Assembly (NCBI RefSeq): GCF_006345805.1 | Contig: NC_043004.1 | Coordinates: forward strand, 57,164,001-57,228,000 | DNA from: Octopus sinensis | Lineage: Eukaryota | Direction: 5' to 3' | DNA length: 64,000 nucleotides | In this document: piece after piece, positions 25,511 to 39,189 of the stretch | Numbering within the stretch: the stretch's first letter is position 1 | Layout of the letters: every line of letters begins with the position of its first letter | Made by a program: the position numbers and the translations under genes | The notes under the pieces: generated by a model | Told to the model about the DNA's origin: nothing | What the model saw: the letters and a program-made list of their open reading frames with translations, nothing else | Databases searched by the model: none

Positions 25511-27045
25511 AATTTCTTTCATCATGAGCAGGTTGATGTCAATATAATATGAGAATCCCAAGTTCAAGGAAATAATCAATCGATTAGAATATGCCAGGAT
25601 ATGAACATCATTCAAAAAAACCTAATTGAATTGATAGTCAAAAGAGGCTTAGCACCTCTCAGATTAATTTGAAAGTAGATCATTGTATTACACTAATTAT
25701 ATACGTTTAAGTATGTATAACTCTACATATAAATACAACTGTCTATTCTTACTCAATATGTTAATGTTTGTGTTCAGTGTATTTGTCATTTCATTCGTTC
25801 GGCTGCAGGAAATATTTACTTCCATTACCGATATTGTAACATCACATTACATTAGTAAATCTGTTGGTTACTGGCGCCAGAGCTACATTTGCATTTTTGC
25901 ACTTATCCCAACACTTTGCTTCATTCAGTTAAAATCCCTGCTGTGTATTTCAGTAAGATGGGAACCTGAAAGGAAATGCTTCTTGTTTGACTGCGGCTGA
26001 GGTTTTGTTAGAGGTTTTACGCTTTATTTCTTACCATACTGGTGTCCAAAACACACTGCACAGCCTCGTAGGTAAACCGGAAGGAGGTCTGATTTATTCA
26101 GTAACGAACGAGTATGATTCGAGTTTTACTGGTGCATGATAGTACTAGAGTCTAGTAATTTACCTAACAATAGATTATTACATGCACAGTTAATTCCGGG
26201 ATTATTATAACAACTGTCAAATATGGCGTAATGGTGAGAGCTGATTCGAAAATGCGAATTAGATATGCTGTTTTAGAAACTCTTGCTTCTGAGCTCTTAT
26301 TTACACATCAATGGAAAAACACTCTAGCGTATCGTTCGAGTGTTTATCTTAATCCTCCTTTATTCAAGTTCATATTCATTTACAGATTTATAACATATAT
26401 CACTGCAATTCGCAGATAGTTATTTGTTTTTTTCATTTCTTTATGCATCTCTAATGTTAAGTGTTATCTTTTAGTGGATACTCGTTGATAATCTTTCAAC
26501 TGTTAGAAATGCTTTAATTTTTTATTTATCCCGTATGCCCATTTCCATTGATTCACCCCTGTCCATGATATTCTTGTTGATACAACCCTTCAATATCCGA
26601 AATGAAACTCAAAATTTTCAAGCAGATGAGACAGAAAACATAAACCTTGGAAACAGTTGAGAAAGGCACTCTCTAAATTTTGTCTCCTTCAACAACTCGA
26701 AACCCAGTTAATTACACACGCTATCCCAACAATATCGTATTTTCCATTGACAACATGATCTTTATTACGGCAAGTGTTAGGATTTACCATCATTACGGAT
26801 ATCTTCTGTCGATTACGAAAGCAAAACAAAATCCCAAAATGGTAAAGATTGACCTACATTTTAGATCTAGTACATAACATGTCAGCAACTAATAATAATT
26901 TGCAGTGAAATCTGAAAAGGAAAATCTGTTTGGTATATGAATATTAAATTAATTGCCAATTTAATTAAATACCGATTCAAATGCATAAATCGAATTTTCA
27001 TGCAAATTTTTCTCAGTAGACTAAAAGATGAGCAACCATATATAT

Positions 27046-27107
<62 letters not shown>

Positions 27108-27211
27108 ATAAATCCGATAACGGAAGAAAGCGCTGAAAGTGTAAATGGAATGTAAATAATAAAACATATATATATAATCATCCAACATTCTAAAAACTTT
27201 TTATCACACAC

Positions 27212-27245
<34 letters not shown>

Positions 27246-27954
27246 GTATATGTATAGGTATATATATTCTTAATCTATATGTATTTAAACTTGATAAAAC
27301 TTTCGTAACATTTAGATTCATTGAACCTGCCGACAATATTTACTGAAGTGTTCTTTTAATCAGGAAATATAGAGAGTAGTTGATGTTGTTCACCATTAAT
27401 CGAACACAAGTATAATCAAACGTGTTCTAAAAGTGAATATTCCATCACTTTGTATCGGTTTAAGGTTACATAGCACTTGTTATTTAATTATAAAGGCGCG
27501 TATGATGGAGATTTAATATTGCTACAAAATTTTGTAGCTCAGGTCTTTCAGCGAATTCCGTTTAGAAACGTCCGACTTTAAATATTGCAACGGGAATAAC
27601 AAAGAACAGGAGAAGAATTTTAGCGAGGACAAACGGAGTTTTCGTCCATCCTATAAGAAGCTTCTCTTCTTAGATAATCTTATGCTGAATGTGCCTTCGT
27701 TTAGAAATTTTGTGGACAAAATATTCATTATTTAAATTTTGAAAGTACTTTGGGCCATCAGTCCTGTTATAACCTTTGGTAAAAGAATATCCTTCTTATA
27801 GTCTACTTCAGACCAGTATCTTAAAGATTGTTACATATTTTTGAAAAAATAAGTACTGTAATTCTGGTAAATATTTTATTTCCCTATCTAAAAAAACACA
27901 CCCAAACACTAAAAAAATCTAATGCCTCAAGCACAAGAGCATTTTGATATCGGT

Positions 27955-28115
27955 TGCTGCGTCGAATTGGCAGAATCGTTAGCACGCCGGGCGAAATGAG
28001 TAGCCGTATTTCGCCTGCCGCTACGTTCTGAGTTCAAATTCCGCTGAGGTCGACTTTGCCTTTCATCCTTTCGGGGTCGATTAAATAACTACCAGTTACG
28101 CACTGGGGTCGATAT
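27955..28115 (+). mobile_element. SINE family 2 (Nin/Deu-like core)
   Basis: TGGCAGAATCGTTAGCACGCCGGGCGAAATG..GAGTTCAAATTCC..GAGGTCGACTTTGCCTTTCATCCTTTCGGGGTCGAT. Confidence 0.88.
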
Positions 28116-28758
28116 GAAAGAAAAAGAAACAGTACTACAAAGTGGAGAAGAAATATAGAAAGGCATGCATTTCTGATGTACACAGTTCGAAAGACACAAT
28201 CTGTATGTCATTCATGAATGAAAGAAAAGCAAACAAAAATAGTTATCATACCTTATAGAGATGAAAATACATATATTGGTAGACGTGCTGGCACATCGAC
28301 AAACACAAAAGGTCAGACATATACATATATACACGTTGACAGGTTAGAATACATAGATGGAGATGGATGCCTAAAAGCATAAACTCGCTGCGGTAAACAG
28401 ATTGGAACAGGTGAATTCCAATCAATAGAATTTAATCAACCTTTTTCAATTAATCTTTTTTTCTAGAAAAGATTTATTCGAAATTTAATGGAAAAATGCA
28501 ATTACTTTAATACTCTCTCTCTCTCTCTCTTTCTTTCATTTTCTATCTCTATAGCTCACTTTCACTCTCTCCACACACAAATATATATGTATAGTGTATG
28601 TCACGTATTTGTTTTGCATTTATATTTCAACTTGGTGACGTGATGCAGGTCGCGGAACGTTTAGGTGGATTCAGGTCAAGTTTTGTTTTTATCACCCACA
28701 TACACTCTTCATTTAAGGATTGAATGCAATTTGTATGTATGTATAATTGCATGTATAT

Positions 28759-28804
<46 letters not shown>

Positions 28805-29625
28805 ACAGAGAGAGAGATGTGAGAAAAGTGTATGAAAAGGAAAGAGGAGTTTCGGGAAGTGGCTGTGGAAAGATGACAAAAAATATGCTCTTTTATCTAT
28901 ATTTTGGCACAGAAGAATAGTAGGATTTAGTTAGATTCAATAAGAAAGGTAAACACATAATTAAGACAAAAAGTAATAAAAAAAGTTCAAAGTGGAAGAA
29001 CTTGTTAAATCAGTTCAATGTAAATAAGGTAAAACGTCACACACACACACACACACATCTATATTTCGCTTCTAAGGGATATGAAAAGAAACTTATCAAT
29101 TTAGAATGATGCATATAGTATCAGTAATTAATATAAAGACATAAAAAATGACTTCTGGAGTAAAATACTAGATTGAAACCTAAATGTTTACACTTCAAAA
29201 AGTATCGAAGAACTAGTAGATGTTGTAACGCTAATATTAAAATTATAACGGAAAGATTATATGACTAATATCTTTACATTAATTAATAAGGAAATTCAGT
29301 CATTATAATAATCGTATTTATTATCCTAATTAACAGAGATTTTGGAGAAACAAATTAAACTTCCTATAGTATGTAGATAGGGTTATACTCCAAGCTGTGT
29401 CCGCATGAAGAATTTTCCATTATCCAAACGTTTGTGTATGTTATCATTCCGTGCAGCGTGCATAAAATAGTTTTTAAATGCAGAGTAATTACAAATCAAA
29501 ACAGATTAGCAAAGAATTGTTAATATTTATTTCTTATACTTTTTGTCATTGTATTATTATAATTTAAACTTTACTTTTTATTATACTCGTGTTAGTATAA
29601 TTATATATTATTTTTACTATTATTT

Positions 29626-29660
<35 letters not shown>

Positions 29661-29664
<4 letters not shown>

Positions 29665-31882
29665 ACAATCCCTCTGATTCTCTGGGCGCAGGACAGGGAC
29701 GGTTATTTACATCATCTGTCAAATTTCTTAGAGGCATTTCTGATTTTTAATTTGTGAATGCGTAACCCAACGCGTTGGCATTTCGATTTTTCACCAACGA
29801 TAAAATATTGTATAAGTCAGGTTTGCAGATAGTGACGGATTCAACTAACCCTCTCTTCGAAATCGTATGCCGAAATTTTAATTTATTTTTCTACTACCAG
29901 TTCACAGCCTTTCCTTGTATCTGCAATATTGCTTAATAGCAAACTGACCTCATCCTATGTTTATTACATATTCATCCATTGCTCCAAACACTTTCACATA
30001 ATTTTTTATTTCTTCCGCGCTTATTCTCCGAACCATTTATATTTCAGCTACGTGGTAAAACTTTACAGCCCTATTACACCATTTTTCATTTGAAATTTTC
30101 TATTGGTATAGATAGTAATGTCAAATATGTTAAGGTGTTAGTAATTCGAGTAATAATTGCTTGATTGTAAAATAGCGAAACTTATATTATATGGTCAAAG
30201 GGTAATGTCTTAGAAATCAATAGAGTCTAATATATTTGGCAAGTTTGCATATGTTTTTATAAAAAAAGGCCATTTCTGATATAATTATCATGGAAGACAT
30301 AAAGATTCTAAATATTATACAAAATCGACAATACAAGTGAGCAAATAAGAGGTAATATTTGTATGAATTTATTCATATGTATATTTTGGAGATTCGCTAA
30401 AAGCATTCATTTTATACCAGATATTTAAATTTACATTAGTAGTGATAAAATATTTCGATTTATTAATCAAAATATCTAGATATCCCAATATATAGATTAA
30501 GTGTTTTGCTTGACAGTTTAATGTGGAATGTTCCATAAAACTTTATTTTAAAAAAAGTAGAAATAAAAATGAAAGCATTTTTTTCGATTATTATATTTTA
30601 TTCCTTCATATTGTAGCTCGACAAATATATGCTGACCGTTAACTAGCTGATGACATGGCTGATTATGGTAGAATTTTCACCTTTACAAGATATTTATATT
30701 ATTTATCCCGCTTTCTTACACTGAACTAAGCTGATTAAGATTTTAATTCCGAATTATATATATATATATATATTATATATATATATATATTTTGACAATC
30801 CCTCTGATTCTCTGGGCGCAGGACAGGGACGGTTATTTACATCATCTGTCAAATTTCTTAGAGGCATTTCTGATTTTTAATTTGTGAATGCGTAACCCAA
30901 CGCGTTGGCATTTCGATTTTTCACCAACGATAAAATATTGTATAAGTCAGGTTTGCAGATAGTGACGGATTCAACTAACCCTCTCTTCGAAATCGTATGC
31001 CGAAATTTTAATTTATTTTTCTACTACCAGTTCACAGCCTTTCCTTGTATCTGCAATATTGCTTAATAGCAAACTGACCTCATCCTATGTTTATTACATA
31101 TTCATCCATTGCTCCAAACACTTTCACATAATTTTTTATTTCTTCCGCGCTTATTCTCCGAACCATTTATATTTCAGCTACGTGGTAAAACTTTACAGCC
31201 CTATTACACCATTTTTCATTTGAAATTTTCTATTGGTATAGATAGTAATGTCAAATATGTTAAGGTGTTAGTAATTCGAGTAATAATTGCTTGATTGTAA
31301 AATAGCGAAACTTATATTATATGGTCAAAGGGTAATGTCTTAGAAATCAATAGAGTCTAATATATTTGGCAAGTTTGCATATGTTTTTATAAAAAAAGGC
31401 CATTTCTGATATAATTATCATGGAAGACATAAAGATTCTAAATATTATACAAAATCGACAATACAAGTGAGCAAATAAGAGGTAATATTTGTATGAATTT
31501 ATTCATATGTATATTTTGGAGATTCGCTAAAAGCATTCATTTTATACCAGATATTTAAATTTACATTAGTAGTGATAAAATATTTCGATTTATTAATCAA
31601 AATATCTAGATATCCCAATATATAGATTAAGTGTTTTGCTTGACAGTTTAATGTGGAATGTTCCATAAAACTTTATTTTAAAAAAAGTAGAAATAAAAAT
31701 GAAAGCATTTTTTTCGATTATTATATTTTATTCCTTCATATTGTAGCTCGACAAATATATGCTGACCGTTAACTAGCTGATGACATGGCTGATTATGGTA
31801 GAATTTTCACCTTTACAAGATATTTATATTATTTATCCCGCTTTCTTACACTGAACTAAGCTGATTAAGATTTTAATTCCGA

Positions 31883-31885
<3 letters not shown>
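29661..31885. repeat. Tandem direct duplication of a 1095-bp unique segment (period 1130 bp)
   Basis: 29661-30755 and 30791-31885 read identically by eye; (TA)n before, between and after the copies. Confidence 0.95.
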
Positions 31886-31919
<34 letters not shown>

Positions 31920-32119
31920 AATCTATTCAGGCAGATGTTATTTGTACATAGATATTTTTTCAATGTAATTATACAATCAGTTAGAAGTATTCATTTTATC
32001 GGGATAGCACAAAACAAAATATGAGCAATAAATTTATTTGAAGATCTTTCTTCTCTAGGTATTCACTCATGAATGTGGAATGCAGAATGTAAACAAAGAA
32101 AGCACACATATCTTGCAAT

Positions 32120-32158
<39 letters not shown>

Positions 32159-33514
32159 AGTCTCTCTCTCTCTCTCTCCCGTTTTCCCAAGTACGCTATT
32201 TATTCCGATAGCGTTTGTTTTGTTATTCAAGATAGACATCTTTTTTCGGCACAGAAACTAATAGATTAGAAAAATAATATTTCTGTGGTTCGATTAGCTC
32301 ATGAATATTTGAGTGATAATTGTCATCATTGTAATTATAATTAGTAAATGCTTTATTCAATTTCATTTCACAAAAAAAAATCCCGCGTAACTTTATCCTC
32401 TAATGGATTTTAAGTAAGAGAATTTTCACTAAACTACGAAATATTTGCAAAGGAAGTGTTCCCTTGTTTTTCACGACTATGAATCTTTTCTCGCATCTCT
32501 TTCTTGAAATTCCATTAAAATTGTTTCTTTTACAAAGAAACAAATGCAAAACACATTAAAAATACTGTAGTGTTATCTGACCAAAAATACATTTTAGATG
32601 CAACAAAAAATTATCTTGCAACATCCTGTATCTTGGGAGATATTGGCATTCTTTAATGTGAATTAATGTATTACATATAAAAAAATAATACAATGCTCAC
32701 TTAAGTTATATCACTCAACGAAATAGAAATAAAAGTTAGATGAATCAACATCGTGTATTATCTGCTACTACTGTAACCATACCATATCGGAAATGTTTTT
32801 ACTCACTCTAAATTGTGTAAAGATATTTAGAAAATGTCAATAAAAATGTGTCAGGTGCGTAAATCGAGGAATGAGGACTGAATGTATAATCTGCATTTAA
32901 ATTTACCCGCTATGCATATATTGTAAATCTTAATTTTCTTATTAAAAATATATACAATCTAAAAATAAAAAAAAGAAGTAAATATATTCAAGCTCAAATA
33001 TTTAGGCATAAATTACGTTAATACATAAACAGTACAGGTATAGCTAAATTTAATAGAACAGAACTCACAATTACGGCTTGTAAAGAATTTAACTGACTAT
33101 CTAACTTTATAAAAATACTGAATAAATGATGCAATTTGAAGATACGTGCGATGATTTCAAAAGATATATTGAATCCAAACAAAGGATTTCTATTGCAAAC
33201 ACTTAAACAAACATTGTATTATTATTGCGTAATATTTTTGACATTGACATATATAATTTGTTGGACTTAGAACAAGTTAGAATATCTAGTCACATATTCA
33301 CATACACCTGAAAAGTACAATGAATTAATCGCGTGGGTTAAAATTAAAAGAATTCGAGTTTACAGGATTGTAAAAGTATAAATAGTTAAACGTTTAGGAT
33401 ATATAAGTGTATTATACATCTAAATATTGCATACATGATATCGTACACAATTACCACTGGTTTTACAAAAGGTTACGAGTAAACATATTCAAATATTCAT
33501 AAAAATATTTGTGT

Positions 33515-33780
33515 ACTAAACAGTTAGCTTTCAAACCAGATGCTTCTTGGTTCGGTCCCACTGCATGAAATCTTGGTCAAGTGCCAGACATAGCTTGACA
33601 ACTGATGCAGTTGTGTTTATGTCCCCGTAACTTAGCAGTTCGAGAAAATAGTTTGATGGAATAAGTGCTCGGCTTACAAAGAATAAATATTGGGGTTAAT
33701 TTCTTCATCTAAAACTCTTTAAGGCGGTGCTCCAGCATGGCCGAAGTCAAATGACTGAAACAAGTAAAAGAATAATACAA
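33515..33780 (+). mobile_element. SINE family 1 with internal deletion
   Basis: GGTTCGGTCCCACTGC..GTCCCCGTAACTTAGC..GGCGGTGCTCCAGCATGGCCGAAGTCAAATGACTGAAACAAGTAAAAG. Confidence 0.8.
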
Positions 33781-34232
33781 TACCGAATGTTAGCCAGATT
33801 TAGCAGCCAAAAATTTCATAAGAGTATGGGGTAAAAAACAATCAACTGTTAGTGTCATATTCAATTATTTCTTTAAATGGGACCAGATAAAGGGTCAGAG
33901 GTAAACGATAAGAGTAGGAAAGAGAAAAAGAAATTGAGAAAAGAGACAAAATGGCTAGATTGAAGGTTATCAGCGTAATATAGTCAATATGTGTCCAGAA
34001 ACCGAAAAGACAAACATTACTGACTCATGTAACAAATGTAATGGGTACATTCGAATAACATATACTTACATACACTCGTACTAGTCTCCTTTACATGCAT
34101 TTATGTATGTAAACATATACACACATATATGTATTGTGTGTGTGTGTGTGTGTGTGCATCTATGTATATATATATACATGTATATATATATATATATATA
34201 TACATACACAAAAACAAATATACATATATATA

Positions 34233-34841
34233 TATAATTAATTAATAAGGGTGAGAGAATTAGATACTAATTTAATAGTATATTTATTCAACACCAAGTG
34301 GCCTAGTGCTACGAGAAACCTGGATTATTATAATATTTTATAACATATTATAATATTTTTACAAAATAAATATAAGAGAGTGGTCACTATATTGCTCACT
34401 CTAGCACCAGTTAATCCAAAAAGTTTCAACCACGAAAATACATGTTTCCCATGAAAGCCAGTACGACTGTTAGCTCACACGGACAGGGCAAGTAAAAAAT
34501 AACAAAAATACAGATTATTTTGGGACAATTGTTTCGCTATTAATGAATTAAATGTAATATTACTTACAAAAAAATCCATTTGTAGCTCGTCAGCCAAGAC
34601 TATCTGGATGAAATCCACTCAATCACACGCCAGATTTTACCATAACGATAAATACGCGTGTGGTTCAATTGATTACATCCGACGTTATAATTCAAATGCC
34701 CCAACCAACAGCGCGCCAAACTTTCACGGAAAACAAATACAGCATTTAGAAATAAATGCAGCATAATTATAATTAATTAATAAGGGTGAGAGAATTAGAT
34801 ACTAATTTAATAGTATATTTATTCAACACCAAGTGGCCTAG
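34233..34841 (-). mobile_element. 609-bp non-coding element with identical 74-bp terminal direct repeats and a central hammerhead (PLE pLTR or retrozyme-like)
   Basis: 34233-34306 equals 34768-34841; embedded in TA/CA microsatellite; hammerhead at 34520-34597. Confidence 0.75.
34520..34597 (-). ncRNA. Type I hammerhead ribozyme with canonical catalytic core
   Basis: UUGG-CUGACGA-GCUA-(43 nt loop)-UAGC-GAAAC-AAUU-GUC-CCAA; predicted cleavage after GUC, between 34524 and 34523; palindromic stem III ACAAUUGU. Confidence 0.8.
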
Positions 34842-35109
34842 ATATATGTATATGTATATATATACACTCAAACAAATATAAATACATATATATACTCATA
34901 TACACTTACATATATACTCTACATATACATAGACATGCGCACACATTCACATACGCATACACTTACAAACTTACACACAGACATACACACACATAATTCA
35001 ACAGTCCCATTATCGTTATTACGACAATCATCAGTGCGACATCGCTATGAGCTATTATTGCCATTATTTATAGAAGTAACAATGATATCGATAGACTTCT
35101 CCTTATTGC

Positions 35110-35114
35110 AAATA

Positions 35115-35173
<59 letters not shown>

Positions 35174-35181
35174 GTATCATT

Positions 35182-35213
<32 letters not shown>

Positions 35214-35257
35214 CATTATTATTAACATTAATATCATTATCATTATTATTATTATTA

Positions 35258-35300
<43 letters not shown>

Positions 35301-35370
35301 CATAATTATTATTATTATCATTATTATTATCATTATTATTATTATCATTATTATTATCATTATTATTGCA
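35110..35370. repeat. (ATT)n/(ATC)n trinucleotide microsatellite
   Basis: Direct reading; source of the poly-N/poly-I ORFs. Confidence 0.95.
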
Positions 35371-36774
35371 ATTACTACCGTTCCTGTTATTGCAGTTAAG
35401 TTCCAATGTGTTTCGACCAACGTTACCATTTTCGTTATTATATCCGTTACAATTTAGGGCTGTATAAATCGTATCACCAATTCACCAAGCATTCATACTT
35501 CTAATTATTTTATTCCGATGATACTCCCGGGCTAAAGTAACATTTTGCTTATTTAATATATGCCATAATATCCACAAGGTTAAGTAAAGTAGAATAAGAG
35601 TTTATATTTTATATTCCTTTAAATAAAAATCTGGTGCTACTTCTTTTCAAACTAATCAAAAGTGTTTGCAGAAAGCTAGATAGCGGTTACGTAACTCGAA
35701 GGAGGTTTGTACCAAATTACGTCATCATCTTGATAGATCACTGGACTTCTATTGCTATTATATTGACGGTAACAATAATTAGTGGAGATATCCGAATAAT
35801 TATAATTTGCAAGCCCATTTCTTCCATTACCTGTTGCGGTTGTGACGCAGGTCGAAATTTCACCATAGTACTTTGCTTGTGATTTGCTATTTGTATCCTT
35901 GTTATCACTTACTGCTATCACTGCCATTTATAAGACCATTATTTAAGATATTAGAATCTACTTCTTATCATTCTTATTTTGTTTTTATTTATATTTCCCT
36001 GTTTGCTGTAACCTCCAGATGGATGCTTGTCATTATAAATGGCAGTATCTGTAGCCTTAGTGAATCCAATAGTTTTATTAATCTCTGGGGAAAATACTAT
36101 ACATTGATTGTGACCAGGTCTAGTGTATGCAGATTTATATTATTTAATATATGCATTAGATATGAGAAATGATTAAATAAGCGGTTTATATGTCGTAACT
36201 TCAGATGATTACACATACATGTATATGTACATTACTTGTAAGTGCATGGATATGTCTGTCTGTGCATGGATGCGTACTAATGTTTTTGTATATGGATTAT
36301 ACATAGATGTACAGATTTCAACCTTCACTTGGAGTCCTGAATTTTCAAATACTTTGATTCAACTGAATCCTACAAATAATTACATGTGTTTGTGTGAGTC
36401 AGTGTGTGCATGTATATAACTATGTACATAAAAACGTGCATACATAATCTGAAGAACAGCAGTGTTAATTATATTGATATTAAGAAAAGCTGCGAAAGAG
36501 CATTATACAAAAAGTTGCAATAATACAGGCATTCATTGTTTTCTCCAACATATTTTATGTAGGTTAACTTATAACAGGCGCACGTGCACACGTTTACACA
36601 CTCACACACACACACACTCACATGCACACACTCACATGCACACACTTACATGCTCACTCTCGCAGAAGCATATGGGCAACGACTCATACAAACAGTTCTA
36701 TATTTAAGAGATGAGGAATTATGTACATTATTTATATTATTTACATTATCGATATCTGACGGATATTTGACCAC

Positions 36775-36998
36775 GGGCATATGGCAATGTGGTTAAGGGC
36801 ACTGGCTACTAAGCCCAATATTCCGAGTTCGATTCCAGGCGGTGATCTGAATAATAATAATAATAATAATAACATCGAAAAATACCTTAAGAATGAGAAC
36901 CCAGGTTCGAAATTCCCCATGAAGTGGGCTTCAGGGTATATCAGCCGAAAAGCAACAAAGAAGATGAGGACAAATATCCGTCAAATGTAAATAATGGC
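36775..36998 (+). mobile_element. Short tRNA-headed SINE-like element: tRNA-like head, (AAT)n, tail with degenerate hammerhead-like motif
   Basis: A box TGGCAATGTGG, B box GAGTTCGATTCC (36825-36836), (AAT)n 36849-36871, ATGAAG-TG-GGCT..AGCC-GAAA (36919-36950). Confidence 0.55.
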
Positions 36999-37059
36999 CT
37001 CATACAAACATACATTTTTATACAAATACAGTCCTAGGTACACGAAACTACTGAGTGTG

Positions 37060-37380
37060 TGGCGCACCGCCTTTAGTCGAGCAGATCATCCCAGGACTTA
37101 TTCTTTGAAAGCTTAGTACTTATTCTATCGGTGTCTTTTACGGGGACGTAAACACACCACCATCGGTTGTCAAGCGATGTTGAGGGAACAGAGACGCGCA
37201 AACATATGTACACACACATATTCATATATACAACGGGCTTCTTTCAGTTTCCGTCTACCAAATAAACTCACAAAGCTTTCATCGGCCCGAGGCTATAGTA
37301 GAAGACACTTGCCCTAGGTGCCACGCAGTGAGAATTAACCTGGAACTATGTGGTTGGTAAGCAAGCTACTTACCACACGA
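37060..37380 (-). mobile_element. SINE family 1
   Basis: Homology to 18525-18936. Confidence 0.85.
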
Positions 37381-38125
37381 GGAAGTTTTGATTCGGGAGA
37401 TATTCCTTTTACTTATATAAAGTTCGTTTCAATTGCCATTTGGCATTTGAGAGCTTCTCCACTCCTGGAAGCGGAGATACATCCAATAAAGCAACAATTT
37501 ATCGTATATGATATTATATATTGTGGTAGTTATTTATTTTGATTATATACATGCCACTACCCTCTCTAATTTATTTATGTATGCATAGATCTAGATGCAT
37601 ATTTATGTACTGACATGTATTTTCACATGTATAAACATATATACACATCCATATATGTTCTTATATAGATGTGCACACATATACAGCTATATATGGATAT
37701 CTATCCATACATGTACTTAAATCATTATACATGTATATATATATATATATTGGGATGTGCGTATAAATTGGTATGCGCGTATAAATTTACATACATATAT
37801 GTATAATCATCTACATATACATTCACCATGTATAGTTATTGAATAAAATGTGCATTTAGATATTTCATTTGTTATAATCTAATGACTGCATTCTTATCTA
37901 TCTTAAGATGTTTTCAATAATTCTCTGCAGTTAGATTCGTGAATATAGTTTACTCCAAAACACTGAAATACCTATTTGAGAATTCATTTTCTTTTGAATT
38001 ATTATTTCATAGGTGCCTACTTGCAATTCTGTATCCAAATCCTTCAGAGGTCTGAAATATCAGTCGTACCAAAATTAAACAACCAATCATTCCTACTATG
38101 AACTGTCAAAGAAACTAATAATTAC

Positions 38126-38227
38126 CTGTAGTCGTTCTGGTGAAATGGAATATCGTCGGTGTTCATATGGCATTAATAAGACGGAACGTTGGCATAAACA
38201 AAATGATGAGACTGATTCCGTATCTAC
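38126..38227 (-). CDS. Candidate internal exon of an unidentified gene (VDTESVSSFCLCQRSVLLMPYEHRRYSISPERLQ)
   Basis: Pyrimidine-rich acceptor ttccttgttccctccgctgacag, donor CAG|gtaatt, 102 nt, open in phase 0; no recognisable domain. Confidence 0.3.
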
Positions 38228-39189
38228 CTGTCAGCGGAGGGAACAAGGAAATAGAAATGTGTGATTGAGGAGAGCAGAACTAAATGTAAATTGACTTTTA
38301 GCTTAGGGGAATACAGTTCCAAGATAATGGCTTTTGTGCATTCGCATCTCTGTAATTACTAATATAACATATTTGTTACAGAATTAGTTTGGTGGTGTTA
38401 TTAGTTCAGAATTTCAAAAATGGGAAATGAAAATGATCGTATCTATATTTGTTCAATACTTGTGCACTTACTGTGTTTAGCTAGTTACTGATATCACATT
38501 AACAAAAGTGTTAATTATTCATGATTTATTGATATCATTATGAATATTCTTATTGTTTTTTTTTCTTTTATTGATTTTCTCTGCTGGACGAAAGTGTACC
38601 CAAAGACATTCCAAATTCTCAAGGAGGTGCCAGATTGTTAACCGTTCCCCTTGTGCCGTTGTAAGTCTTCGGCTATAAATTACATATAGGGAGAGTCGTC
38701 TAAGGCTTGACATTTGTTGAGAACGGATGTGGCATAGTTGGTGAATACGTGGTCTGGTAAAAACAGAATATGTGGGATGAGAATAGAGGACACTAGCGAG
38801 TAAAGTATACGTGCGTGAACGCGCTACGTTCAATGAGTAGTGATCACTCTATATAGTAACGGTAAGAACTACAGAATAAAAAGAATTGCACAGTTGTCGA
38901 TCAGTGGTTAAAGTGCGTAGTTAAGTGATGTCTTGCTAATCCTTTATTTGTATGCCGTCCCGGATGTCTGTATGTGTAGCAGCAATACTCCAGCAACTGT
39001 AGGAGCTGTGAATCTCATCTCATCATTAAAGAGATGTTGTGATTGTTAAGGCGGAAATACTTGCTGGATCTGAGAGAAAGGCCTGTCATGGATGCAGATT
39101 TGCTGCATTGAAGATGCACATTCGCTAGAAAGATCAGCAACGACAGTCCTCCTTCCAGCTCTAGGCACAAGGCCTGAACTTTTTGGGCT

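Noticed and set aside
25810-25963. C-type-lectin-like exon (GSHLTEIHSRDFN) after a strong acceptor on the minus strand
   Set aside because: All three frames stop within about 15 codons; the similarity is too short
27539-27736. 65-codon plus-strand open frame with KR..KK sites (neuropeptide-like)
   Set aside because: No signal peptide, no repeated peptides, no donor site; a single dibasic pair is uninformative
34568-34579. First coding exon MDFF of a host gene (minus)
   Set aside because: Lies inside loop II of the hammerhead within a repeat element; no compatible downstream exon found. Kept only as a splice-donor observation
35068-35429. Poly-Asn / poly-Ile ORFs
   Set aside because: (ATT)n microsatellite
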